IMG/VR virus record: IMGVR_UViG_3300024990_000004
Reading direction: 5' to 3' (one strand)
DNA: 56,946 bases
Source of the DNA: a virus
Positions 42,839 to 51,070 of the stretch are shown piece by piece. Every line of letters starts with the position of its first letter. The stretch's first letter is position 1. A program made the translations under genes and the position numbers. The notes beneath the pieces are model-generated. The model saw only the letters and a program-made list of their open reading frames with translations. It had not been told where the DNA came from and searched no databases.

Positions 42839-43368
42839 CAGCGCGTCCCTCCGACTGAAAAGAGTTGTGGCTGGTTTGGCTTCCAGCCGGGATATTCGCG
42901 GGCCATGCCGTAGGCCCAGACCGCCTTTGCGTCGGACTCGTCGTCGTTCGCATATGACCAGCCCAGATTGTCACACAAACTCTGGACCGCTTCCTTCGCC
43001 TCCTTCCGAGGCAGATAGGGATTGACGCCGAATGCCTTGCGGACGTTGAAGACCGAACACATCACCACCCGGATGTGGAGCATCCCGAGCTGCATGCGGA
43101 TGCCGCCGGTCATCTGGGCCAGAGCAGCCGCGCTGGCTTCGCTGTGGTTTCGGTCCACCTTCGACATGGGGGCTTCGAGATAGACGGCGCGCGGCCGCAG
43201 GAATTGCACCTGCTGAACCAGCGAGCGCCCAACACTGCCGAGCGTGTGGTCAAACAAATGTTCGTCGCAGCCTGCAAGCTTCCAGACGCCGCCACGGGGA
43301 GCCGGATCGACCGGCCCCCCATGGGCAAAGCCCATTGCAACGGTTGAAGCGTCGTATGCCAGTATCAC
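42838..43368 (-). CDS. RuvC-like Holliday junction resolvase
   Basis: ILAYDAS...GFA, AVYLEAP and DESDAKAVWAYG give the acidic catalytic pattern. Confidence 0.7.
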   Translation of the reverse strand: MILAYDASTVAMGFAHGGPVDPAPRGGVWKLAGCDEHLFDHTLGSVGRSLVQQVQFLRPRAVYLEAPMSKVDRNHSEASAAALAQMTGGIRMQLGMLHIRVVMCSVFNVRKAFGVNPYLPRKEAKEAVQSLCDNLGWSYANDDESDAKAVWAYGMAREYPGWKPNQPQLFSVGGTR

Positions 43369-43380
43369 GCGGGCCTCTGT

Positions 43381-44019
43381 TCAGTGCTGCGTCAGCTGCG
43401 ATTGCGCTGTCATGGTTGGGGGAGGCGGCAGACGGCTTTCCACTTCCGCGATGCCCTCTTCGAGATCGGCATCGGCCTGCTGCGGCGTGACACCCAACTG
43501 GGCGGCCATGCCATGGCGCCAGGCGCGCGCTGCCTGGGCAGCCATGTCCGTGCCGACCGGATAGCGGTTGTCCAGCGCCTTGCCGCTTTTGCCGTCCTCG
43601 AAATAGCGGCGGTAAACCTGCTCCATATGATCACCGGCCAGCGTATCGAAGATCTCCAGCTGAACCGGGAAGCCCAAGGCGCCGAGCACGCGATTGCGAA
43701 CCTTCATCTTGCGCGCATAGGCAGACGGATCGTTTTTCCGCTGCAGCTTCATGACATGCTCGATCTCGTCCGACAGGCCGGCGCAGGTGTCGTTCGCCCG
43801 CTTCTTGGCCGTGCGAAGGCCGGACACGGCGGTGTCCTTGCGCTCGGTGGCGGTTTTGATCGCGTTGAAGTGGACCTTGATGTCGGCGTCATCGAGATCG
43901 ACATCGTCGATGGAAAGCGGCGTGCGGACTTCGACCTGGCCAGCTTCGGCGCCCGTCATGTCCTCGCCCTGGCCCCGGCGCTTTCTGCCGCCTCGGCCCG
44001 ATGGTTTACGCTTTGCCAT
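43381..44019 (-). CDS. hypothetical protein with a basic N-terminus (212 aa)
   Basis: ATG 44019 after AAGGAAG. Confidence 0.6.
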   Translation of the reverse strand: MAKRKPSGRGGRKRRGQGEDMTGAEAGQVEVRTPLSIDDVDLDDADIKVHFNAIKTATERKDTAVSGLRTAKKRANDTCAGLSDEIEHVMKLQRKNDPSAYARKMKVRNRVLGALGFPVQLEIFDTLAGDHMEQVYRRYFEDGKSGKALDNRYPVGTDMAAQAARAWRHGMAAQLGVTPQQADADLEEGIAEVESRLPPPPTMTAQSQLTQH

Positions 44020-44089
44020 TCTGCTTCTTCCTTTCCGCCTTCTGCGGTTTGAATGTCTGAGGCGCCGTTGCTGCCGCGCGCCCCGGCGG

Positions 44090-44242
44090 CTATTGGATCG
44101 GACCCGCCAGGATCGGCGTTCCATATTCGAGGATCAGCCCGAAGATCAGACCGCAAATGCCGAGAAAGAGAGTCCACGCGAGGATGACCAGCGCCTGTTC
44201 GGCCAGCGTGAGGTCCCGGAGGCGTGGCTGGTCGTTTCTCAT
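44090..44242 (-). CDS. 50-aa membrane peptide
   Basis: Not in the ORF track. ATGA overlap with the upstream gene; one TM segment. Confidence 0.45.
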   Translation of the reverse strand: MRNDQPRLRDLTLAEQALVILAWTLFLGICGLIFGLILEYGTPILAGPIQ

Positions 44243-44517
44243 ACCAGCCCCTTTTCCAGCGCCGTCTCGAGCTCGACCTGAATGGATATCGGCATGTCTT
44301 TCGTGGCCCGCCCCACCACCAGACGCGATGCGGGCTCGACCTTCCGCAGCGGAATCCAGGTGGGGACAGTCATGCGCTCGGTGGTGAGCAGCACGGCCTT
44401 GTCGGTGCCGTTGAGGTAGACGCCTTTCACAATGGCGTATTCGACGTGCCTTCTTGCGTTCTCACGGCCCGGGGGCTGGTGGAAGGCGCGGCGCCGCGAT
44501 GAGGTCAAGCGCATCAT
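44239..44517 (-). CDS. hypothetical protein (92 aa)
   Basis: Tracked ORF with an ATGA overlap. Confidence 0.55.
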   Translation of the reverse strand: MMRLTSSRRRAFHQPPGRENARRHVEYAIVKGVYLNGTDKAVLLTTERMTVPTWIPLRKVEPASRLVVGRATKDMPISIQVELETALEKGLV

Positions 44518-45251
44518 TGGAGCACCCCTGCCGCCTTAAGATTGGCGATGACTTCTCTTAGGCCCGCTCCATGTGGACCCTTCATCACCATGTGAGGGTC
44601 TGCCAAAAACTGAGCGGAAGCCGCCTTGAGATACGCTGCGGTCGCGGGTCCGTCAGGATCGGCCTTTACCAGAGCGGTAATCGGTGGGTGAGCCAATACG
44701 ATGAACAGGGGCTCTATCTGATTTGAGAACTCGCACACTTCTGCGACCTTCAGAATGGCCGCGCACATTTCCGCAACAGTCCGGCTCAATAGACCGCAGC
44801 TAGCCAGCGGTTCGAGATGGCCAAGGGTTAGGGAGGTCTCGCCAGTCTCGAACCCCCTCACCTCGCGCACTGGAAGGTTGGTGATCTTGGCCGCTTTGAC
44901 GGCCCATGCTTCCGCGAACTGCTTTTTTAGCTCCGTCACAACCAACATCGCGACGTAAAGCGGCTCACGGGTCGGCGTGACCGAACTTTTCAGCGCCGAA
45001 CATCTACGCTCACCCTCTTCAAGAAGCAGAGGGTCTGGCGCAAACCATTCCCCGCGAATGTGAAACTGGGAGAATTGTAGATGAAACTCTGCCTCAAGAG
45101 CTTCATCGCCATCGCAGGTTCCAAGCAGAGTTAATGGTTCATGGGATGAAGTCTGGAGTTGCCAAAGCCGCTTACGAACATCCTTGGCGACACCGATTTT
45201 GATCGGCCCATTCTGCCCTGACTGGATAAAATAGACCTTCCTGTCAGCCAT
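44514..45251 (-). CDS. T5orf172 / GIY-YIG-like domain protein with a C-terminal extension
   Basis: KVYFIQSGQNGPIKIGVAKDVRKRLWQLQT...EAEFHLQFSQFHIRGEWF. GC looks lower than in neighbouring genes. GTG 45266 is an alternative start. Confidence 0.65.
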   Translation of the reverse strand: MADRKVYFIQSGQNGPIKIGVAKDVRKRLWQLQTSSHEPLTLLGTCDGDEALEAEFHLQFSQFHIRGEWFAPDPLLLEEGERRCSALKSSVTPTREPLYVAMLVVTELKKQFAEAWAVKAAKITNLPVREVRGFETGETSLTLGHLEPLASCGLLSRTVAEMCAAILKVAEVCEFSNQIEPLFIVLAHPPITALVKADPDGPATAAYLKAASAQFLADPHMVMKGPHGAGLREVIANLKAAGVLQ

Positions 45252-45828
45252 TCTCGCCGCCACCACCGAGAGTTAGATTGCCGCCTTCGATACGGAGCAC
45301 GATCTCCCGATGCCCGCGCGCCAGCTCCTTTGCGAACTGCGGATCGGACGGGGAAAGCCCCATCATCATCGCGCCCCAGGCTTGAAGCTCGGGGATTGCC
45401 TGACAGGCGTTGAAGAAGTCGGCCAGGTTCATGCTGTTGAGCCCGGCGATCTGGTTGCGGCAGGCCCGCTCATTCAGCCCGGTTTCCCGGGCCATTTCCT
45501 TGGCCGGGCTTTTGAGATTGCCGAAAACGCCTTGCAGGACTTCGGCTTGGGCCTTGGCCACCTCGTCGGAGGCGAAGCGCTTCTTCGGAAGATCATTGCC
45601 GTTGCGCGGCAAGTTGTGGTCACGCCGTGACTGAATTTTTCGGCGTTCGTGGAACCTAGAATTGCTCGCGTTCATGATGACACCCTCGTTGAGGCCGCGC
45701 ATGTCTGCACGGCGGTTACCCATCAATCTGGCCTGACGGTCCATGCCGTCAGGTCCGTTATTCGAGGCAGACGTCCATGCGCCAACCCCGGAATAGATGC
45801 CCCGCGAAGCAGCGAGAGGCCGGCTCAT
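45244..45828 (-). CDS. HTH-containing regulator-like protein (194 aa)
   Basis: The ATG shares a base with the upstream stop. ARETGLNERACRNQIAG is HTH-like. Internal ATG 45675 is an alternative start. Confidence 0.55.
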   Translation of the reverse strand: MSRPLAASRGIYSGVGAWTSASNNGPDGMDRQARLMGNRRADMRGLNEGVIMNASNSRFHERRKIQSRRDHNLPRNGNDLPKKRFASDEVAKAQAEVLQGVFGNLKSPAKEMARETGLNERACRNQIAGLNSMNLADFFNACQAIPELQAWGAMMMGLSPSDPQFAKELARGHREIVLRIEGGNLTLGGGGENG

Positions 45829-46265
45829 CAGCGGGCCTCGCGGGGAAGCGCCGTCCGCGTGCGCGGGGCGGCGTTATTCCGACCTCTTCCAACCGCGAGG
45901 AGTTCGTCGCGGACAGTCAGGGGCAGAGGGCGGAAATTGTCGGCGCGGACTTTCAGGACCGCGACTGGCGCATCGACTTTGAGGCCCTGGATCAGCTTGA
46001 GTTGGGCGATGTAGCGGCTGTCAGAGCACACCGCGCAATCGCAATCGGCGGGATGGCTCAGCAATTCGATCCCCCGTGCCCTGTTCTTGAGCCGCCGGAC
46101 GTGTCCGCGTTCCACCAGGTTGTCGAGCAGCCGACCGACTCGCCCCTTGGACGTCAGGTCCATGGCGACGCGGATTTCCTCGCACGATGGCGCGATGCCA
46201 TACGCGCTGAGATGGGACCGGATGAATACCAGGCATTCCTGCTGGCGCGGCGTAAGACCGATCAT
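45828..46265 (-). CDS. LexA DNA-binding-domain protein without an S24 peptidase domain
   Basis: LTPRQQECLVFIRSHLSAYGIAPSCEEIRVAM..KGRVGRLLDNLVERGHVRRL.NRARGIELL parallels the LexA N-terminal wHTH. The 75-aa tail has no Ser/Lys protease motifs. Confidence 0.7.
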   Translation of the reverse strand: MIGLTPRQQECLVFIRSHLSAYGIAPSCEEIRVAMDLTSKGRVGRLLDNLVERGHVRRLKNRARGIELLSHPADCDCAVCSDSRYIAQLKLIQGLKVDAPVAVLKVRADNFRPLPLTVRDELLAVGRGRNNAAPRTRTALPREAR

Positions 46266-46474
46266 GGCCGGCCTCCCAAATGAATGCGCCGCTCATCTTC
46301 TTCATGACGGCTGATCCGGCTGGACAGCATGCAGGCCGCCAGGGCGAGGCCGCACCCCAGCAAGGCGCCGGTGATCAGAAAGATTGCGAGGATCACCAGC
46401 GGGTCGATCATGCCGAAGCCCCGTATGGAGTATTGTGGGTACCCCCGATTAACCAATGGCGAAATTTTCTGCAC
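46262..46474 (-). CDS. small membrane protein; first gene of the minus-strand early block
   Basis: TM segment PLVILAIFLITGALLGCGLALAACML. Alternative ATG at 46411. Confidence 0.5.
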   Translation of the reverse strand: MQKISPLVNRGYPQYSIRGFGMIDPLVILAIFLITGALLGCGLALAACMLSSRISRHEEDERRIHLGGRP

Positions 46475-46545
46475 CGCGCCGCGCGTGATTCAGAAAACGG
46501 AAAATCTTCCGCATGCAAACATTCCCCCGGCTGGGAGGAATGTTC

Positions 46546-46818
46546 ATGCATGACAAAACCGAAATCCTTGAGGTTTCTGACATGACCAACAAGGAAGCGC
46601 CGTTCACGGAGCCGGAGATCGTTCCGTGCCTTTACGTCAATGGGATCGGCATCGAGATTGCGGACTCGATCGTGCGCTTTGTCGGCTGGGTCAGCATGCT
46701 GGCGCTTGGCGGGGAAATGGATGAGCGGCGCATCTGCGTCCGCTTCGCCATGTCGAACAACCAGGCGAGAAACCTGCAAACGGTTTTGCGCAAGGGCCTG
46801 GCCAGGGGTGGGCACTGA
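46546..46818 (+). CDS. hypothetical protein (90 aa)
   Basis: ATG 46546 lies 6 nt after GGGAGGA. High GC3, while the antisense ORF looks like junk. Confidence 0.6.
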   Translation: MHDKTEILEVSDMTNKEAPFTEPEIVPCLYVNGIGIEIADSIVRFVGWVSMLALGGEMDERRICVRFAMSNNQARNLQTVLRKGLARGGH

Positions 46819-46823
46819 TGCCA

Positions 46824-47045
46824 TCACGCCGCTTCCCCTCTGCGCTGGGCAACGACATAAGCCGCATGGAGGTCGTCAGGAGTGACGGCGCCAGCCGTTG
46901 CTCGGAAGATCGCGTCCTGGACGCTGAGCGGGATGTTCTGCTGTCCCGCGATGATCCGGGTGATTGTCGGCGGCTTTACGTCGATCCGCTTGGCAAATTC
47001 CGCCCGCGTCATTTTCTGGAGTTCCAGCCATGAGTCCAATCGCAT
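46824..47045 (-). CDS. Cro/XRE-like HTH regulator
   Basis: MTRAEFAKRIDVKPPTITRIIAGQQ is HTH-like. Divergent from the CI-like gene. Confidence 0.7.
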   Translation of the reverse strand: MRLDSWLELQKMTRAEFAKRIDVKPPTITRIIAGQQNIPLSVQDAIFRATAGAVTPDDLHAAYVVAQRRGEAA

Positions 47046-47053
47046 GCCCGGAA

Positions 47054-47097
47054 TTTACACCACATGTAAGTTTTTTCAAGCCGAATGCCTTACACCG
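47054..47097. promoter_or_regulatory. operator-like sites in the divergent Cro-like / CI-like intergenic region
   Basis: TTTACACCacaTGTAAGTT at 47054-47072 and CCTTACACC at 47088-47096. They share the GGTGTAAG/CTTACACC core with 48085-48130. Confidence 0.5.
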
Positions 47098-47128
47098 GAC
47101 GTCATGGACGAAAATGCCAGCGGATTCC

Positions 47129-47482
47129 ATGCTTTACGCCATGGGTAAGGTGGGCAAAAAGGGTCAGCCTGAGCGGAAGTACCGGCGCACGCACCTCAAG
47201 GAATGGCGCGAGCATCGGGGGATGACCATCGAGGAGCTGGCCAACGCGGTCGAAACCAGCGATGCGACTATCTCGCGGCTGGAAAACGGCAAGCAGCCTT
47301 ATACCCAAGCCCTCTTTGAGCGCCTGGCGCGCGCGCTCCATTGCACCCCATCGGATCTGATCGACCGAACGCCCACGGAAGCCGAATCGCTGGGATCGCT
47401 GTTCGCGGGGATGTCAGAGGCAAGCCGGGAATACACGCTGACCGTCATGAAATCGCTGCGGGACAAAGACCGGCCGCAATGA
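47129..47482 (+). CDS. XRE-family CI-like repressor (no peptidase domain)
   Basis: LKEWREHRGMTIEELANAVETSDATISRLENGKQ is HTH_3-like. Alternative ATG at 47141. Confidence 0.75.
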   Translation: MLYAMGKVGKKGQPERKYRRTHLKEWREHRGMTIEELANAVETSDATISRLENGKQPYTQALFERLARALHCTPSDLIDRTPTEAESLGSLFAGMSEASREYTLTVMKSLRDKDRPQ

Positions 47483-47515
47483 CGGCACGGACAACGGGCT
47501 GCTGAGGGGCATACC

Positions 47516-47968
47516 ATGAAGAAGACCATTGCACTGGTTTCCGTGGCTCTGCTTGCAGGCTGCGTCCGAACGGAAACATCTCAGATCGATGCCAGGACGG
47601 CGATCATTTCAGCACGCGGCACTGCTTTCGACACGCCGGCGAAGGTGCAATTGAGCGTCATGGTTGAAGCCGCGAAGATGACCCAGGCGCATGGTTTCAA
47701 ATACTTCGCGCTGTTGAGCGCCCAAGATGCGACCACCCACGGCGCCGTCTATATCCCAGGCCAGACAACCAGCAACACTACTGTCACCGGCTTCGGCAAT
47801 TCCGCCTATGCCACAACGACCACATATACCTCGCCGGGCAGCGTGGTGGGGATCGTCAAGCCGGGCGAAGACATCACCATACGGATGTTCAAAGAGGGCG
47901 AGGTTCCGGCCAATGCGCCCGGTGTCTGGGAAGCTGCCAGCATCCTGGCCCAGAACCCGCCCAAATAG
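47516..47968 (+). CDS. lipoprotein co-transcribed with the repressor
   Basis: MKKTIALVSVALLAGC has a canonical lipobox. 150 aa. Confidence 0.75.
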   Translation: MKKTIALVSVALLAGCVRTETSQIDARTAIISARGTAFDTPAKVQLSVMVEAAKMTQAHGFKYFALLSAQDATTHGAVYIPGQTTSNTTVTGFGNSAYATTTTYTSPGSVVGIVKPGEDITIRMFKEGEVPANAPGVWEAASILAQNPPK

Positions 47969-47994
47969 CCCCTCCCCCACCGATTCGCTCCTGA

Positions 47995-48012
47995 CCGTCC
48001 CTGACGGGACGG
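47995..48012 (+). terminator. hairpin downstream of the lipoprotein gene
   Basis: CCGTCCC-tgac-GGGACGG, with no U-tract. Confidence 0.35.
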
Positions 48013-48084
48013 CCTGAGCCTGCCCAAAGCGCGGCTTTCCAGCCGTGCAAGGCCGTTTTCTCATGCCTATCCAGCAGTTACGCA

Positions 48085-48130
48085 TGGTGTAAGTTTTTGC
48101 TTGCAGGCGGACTTACGCCGGGTGTAAGTT
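48085..48130. promoter_or_regulatory. operator-like sites upstream of the early plus-strand operon
   Basis: GGTGTAAGTT occurs at 48086-48095 and 48121-48130. ACTTACgccggGTGTAAGT is an imperfect palindrome at 48111-48129. Confidence 0.5.
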
Positions 48131-48187
48131 CTTTTCAGCTGATTTGAGCCGGGGTCGCCCCGGCCAGCCCTGAAAGGAGACGGCAAT

Positions 48188-48400
48188 ATGGCCGGCAAGT
48201 TCACCTGGAAAGATGCCCCGGATTTGATGGAGGCGCTGGCCCGCGCCCAGAACCATCCGGCCAACATCGGCGTCGATATCGTGTCGTTTGCTGGCCTCTG
48301 CGATAGCCGCGACGAGTTGGAAGCCCATCTCTGTCGCTACGAAATCCGGGCCCAGAACTGGGATCAGGATGTCGAATACGGCGTCCGGGAGGCGGTGTGA
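48188..48400 (+). CDS. hypothetical protein (70 aa)
   Basis: RBS AAAGGAGA. First gene of the coupled operon. Confidence 0.6.
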   Translation: MAGKFTWKDAPDLMEALARAQNHPANIGVDIVSFAGLCDSRDELEAHLCRYEIRAQNWDQDVEYGVREAV

Positions 48401-48804
48401 TGTCGGACACTATCTCCCAGCCCATTCATCGCAGCTATGCCAGGGGCTGGTTCGGCTCCCACGGCATCTTTCATGGCCTCAAGGCCGTCGAGAGCGGCGA
48501 GCAGGCGATTGTCACCTTCGCCATCGCCCCCCATCCCTGTACCAGCGATGCCCCCGACAGCGGGTCCATCTTCGTCACGGTGGGCCGGTCGGTGGTTGAG
48601 GGCGTCCTGAGCTGGCGCTTCGGCGGTGGGGATGATGGACGCGACCCTGACGGGCATTCGTCCCATGCCCTGGTCGCCTCCTGGGAGGAGCAGGACCTGG
48701 CGCTGGCGGTTGCCGGGCTGGCGCTCTACCTGCAGCGCAAGTGCCCGACGGGCTGGGCGATCTACCGCCAGCCGGTCGAGGCCAAGATGGCGGAGGCCGC
48801 CTGA
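48397..48804 (+). CDS. hypothetical protein (135 aa)
   Basis: Tracked ORF with an ATGA overlap. Confidence 0.6.
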   Translation: MMSDTISQPIHRSYARGWFGSHGIFHGLKAVESGEQAIVTFAIAPHPCTSDAPDSGSIFVTVGRSVVEGVLSWRFGGGDDGRDPDGHSSHALVASWEEQDLALAVAGLALYLQRKCPTGWAIYRQPVEAKMAEAA

Positions 48805-49040
48805 TGCTTCGCCCCACCCCCTCCTATCGCGGCCCCTGGGAATGGCAGGGCCCCAATGCGGACAGCCGCCTGAGCCAGCAGGGCATCAACACGATGCAGT
48901 CCTGCCAGTGGCGCGGGTATCACCGCTGCGACGGGCCTACGGGCAATCCTGGCCCCTGTCGGGACTGTGGCTGCGATGGTCGCACCGCGATCCTTTCGAC
49001 GGTTGAGCGTCGCCAGCATGAAGCGCGGAGGGCGGCATGA
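48804..49040 (+). CDS. Cys-rich small protein (78 aa)
   Basis: The ATG shares a base with the upstream TGA. Contains CRDCGCDG. Confidence 0.5.
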   Translation: MLRPTPSYRGPWEWQGPNADSRLSQQGINTMQSCQWRGYHRCDGPTGNPGPCRDCGCDGRTAILSTVERRQHEARRAA

Positions 49041-49390
49041 AGACCCGCATCCGCGTCATCCGCCCTGGCCAGCCCGACGAAGTCCAGGAGCACGATCTGC
49101 CGCGTGAGCCCAGTTATGAAAAGCTGGCGGCGCTGATCGAGCCAATCCTTGGCAAAGGACACTGGTTGGAGCGCGTCTCGGTTCTGGCGGACTTCGATGG
49201 CGGCGAGAACCACCAGCCCACCGACATGTTCGTCGATGAGAACGGCCACTACTTGCAGCTTCCCTTCAATCGGGAAGCGACCCGCATCTATCGCCGCGCC
49301 TATCTCAAGCGTCATCCCCATCACGACCCGGCAGAAATGCCCCACGTCGTCGGCCCCGCCATTCTTTTCGACCGGAGGGTTTGGTTCTGA
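49037..49390 (+). CDS. hypothetical protein (117 aa)
   Basis: Tracked ORF with an ATGA overlap. Confidence 0.6.
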   Translation: MKTRIRVIRPGQPDEVQEHDLPREPSYEKLAALIEPILGKGHWLERVSVLADFDGGENHQPTDMFVDENGHYLQLPFNREATRIYRRAYLKRHPHHDPAEMPHVVGPAILFDRRVWF

Positions 49391-49554
49391 TGAGCATGAT
49401 GCGCTGCCACACGTGCGGCTTCGTCGTCGATACCGACGACGATCCCGAAGCCATCCAACCCTACCCCAGCCATCAGGTTCGCGGCGCTCCTGACATTTGC
49501 CTGTGCGAGCGGTGCCGTGAGTGTGAGGAAGCATATCGGGAGAACGCGCCGTGA
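49390..49554 (+). CDS. zinc-ribbon-like small protein (54 aa)
   Basis: Not in the ORF track. CHTCG ... CLCERCRECE. Coupled at both ends. Confidence 0.5.
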   Translation: MSMMRCHTCGFVVDTDDDPEAIQPYPSHQVRGAPDICLCERCRECEEAYRENAP

Positions 49555-49898
49555 AGATCGACCTTCCCATCACCATCATCTTCGACAACAACAACGACCG
49601 GCAATCAATTCCTGCTGGAACGCAGGTCTTCACTCTGCGCTACGAGCTAGATGGCGACGGCACCGATGCGTTGCTGATCCCTGGATTTCCGCCATCGGAA
49701 CCCGTTGACGAAAAGTATAGCGAAAGCGGGCAGTCAATCCTCGCGCACATTTCGAAGGCGACAGACGACAAGATAAAGGTCAGGGCGCGCCGCAGCCCCT
49801 ACGACTACATGGTCGGCACCGAGCAAGAGCGCGCCGTCGCTCAAGAGGAAGTCGATGAGGCTGAGGCCCAGGGCGCCCAATTCGGAGCGGGCGCATGA
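49551..49898 (+). CDS. hypothetical protein (115 aa)
   Basis: GTG start in a GTGA overlap. Confidence 0.55.
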   Translation: MKIDLPITIIFDNNNDRQSIPAGTQVFTLRYELDGDGTDALLIPGFPPSEPVDEKYSESGQSILAHISKATDDKIKVRARRSPYDYMVGTEQERAVAQEEVDEAEAQGAQFGAGA

Positions 49899-50413
49899 GC
49901 GACCGCGCGCCCTGGACTGACGGGATCGGCAACGAGGGTCTTTGGACAACTCTTCAGACCGGGCCGAGTTTTCTGCTTGACCGCAAATCGACCCGCAATG
50001 ACGCGATGTGGGACCGGATTGTTGAAGTGCGGAAGCTCCTGATCGAAAAAGCGCTGGCGTGGCGAGAATCCGCTATCCGCGATGGGTGGGCTAGCCGCCC
50101 CACCTACGGGCATGAACCCGAGCACCAAGCCTTTTCGCTGGACCGCGCGGGCTTCCATGTTTCGGGCTTGGCACGCCCAGCGACCGAGGACACGGTTGGT
50201 TCTGGCCATATCGAATGCTGGGGTCCGGACGGACTCCATATCGCGGTTGCCGAAACCTACGACTGGCCCGCCATCCTGGATGGCGTGACCACCTGCGGCT
50301 ATTGCCACAAGACGGGGGTGGACACGAAGCGCGTCGGTTTCGCTGGCCGCTGCTGCGCCTCATGCCTGCCCGACATGCGCAAAGCTATTGAGACGCCAGG
50401 GTGGGACGCATGA
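49895..50413 (+). CDS. hypothetical protein with a C-terminal Cys cluster (172 aa)
   Basis: Tracked ORF. Contains CGYCHK...CCASC. Confidence 0.6.
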   Translation: MSDRAPWTDGIGNEGLWTTLQTGPSFLLDRKSTRNDAMWDRIVEVRKLLIEKALAWRESAIRDGWASRPTYGHEPEHQAFSLDRAGFHVSGLARPATEDTVGSGHIECWGPDGLHIAVAETYDWPAILDGVTTCGYCHKTGVDTKRVGFAGRCCASCLPDMRKAIETPGWDA

Positions 50414-50748
50414 CCAGCGCCTTCACCCCCGAAGAAGCAGCAGTGCTTCGCATCATGGCCGAAGATGCCTTTGACGTCCTGAATTGGGCACGCCGCCTCG
50501 GCATGAAGCGCGATCAACAACTGGACCAAGTCGTCGCCGCCTATCAGAAGTCGCTTTGTGACGCGGCCATGTGCCTTCACCCCATCCGCGCAAGCGGTAC
50601 TCGGCCCACCGGCGAGCCCGGTGCCAACAAGCCCCCCAGCCCCGAAGCATCGGGCCCGGTGGGTCGGGATGTTTCACATGAATCATTCGGCGCCCTGGTC
50701 ATCGACATTCGCGCGCCGGAATGGGCGGCGACGGGAGGTCTACGGTGA
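50410..50748 (+). CDS. hypothetical protein (112 aa)
   Basis: ATGA overlap. Confidence 0.55.
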   Translation: MTSAFTPEEAAVLRIMAEDAFDVLNWARRLGMKRDQQLDQVVAAYQKSLCDAAMCLHPIRASGTRPTGEPGANKPPSPEASGPVGRDVSHESFGALVIDIRAPEWAATGGLR

Positions 50749-50897
50749 GAGGCACGCCGCTTCCTCTCATGTCCGCCTCGCAGCGCGAAGCCTATGTGCG
50801 CTGGCTCGAGGCCAAGGCCAAAGGCCGGCGCGGCTCGCTGGCCGACTTCTTCCGCAGAGCAGCGCGTGAACTGCGCGACCAATGGAGTGACGCATGA
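50745..50897 (+). CDS. small protein (50 aa)
   Basis: Not in the ORF track. GTGA and ATGA overlaps. Confidence 0.45.
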   Translation: MRGTPLPLMSASQREAYVRWLEAKAKGRRGSLADFFRRAARELRDQWSDA

Positions 50898-51070
50898 CCG
50901 ATTATGAGAAGTTCGGCCCGTGGATTGGCAACGCCGTGCATGTCCCGCCCGCCCGGCGCGGCCACCGGCATATCCCTTGGGTGAAGCCGGTGTTCATCGC
51001 GCTTTGCATCATCGCCGTCTGCCTGGGCCTCGCCGCCGCCCTGGCTGGCTATCAGGGGCCGCAGCTTTGA
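50894..51070 (+). CDS. small membrane protein (58 aa)
   Basis: Not in the ORF track. TM segment VFIALCIIAVCLGLAAALAG. Confidence 0.45.
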   Translation: MTDYEKFGPWIGNAVHVPPARRGHRHIPWVKPVFIALCIIAVCLGLAAALAGYQGPQL

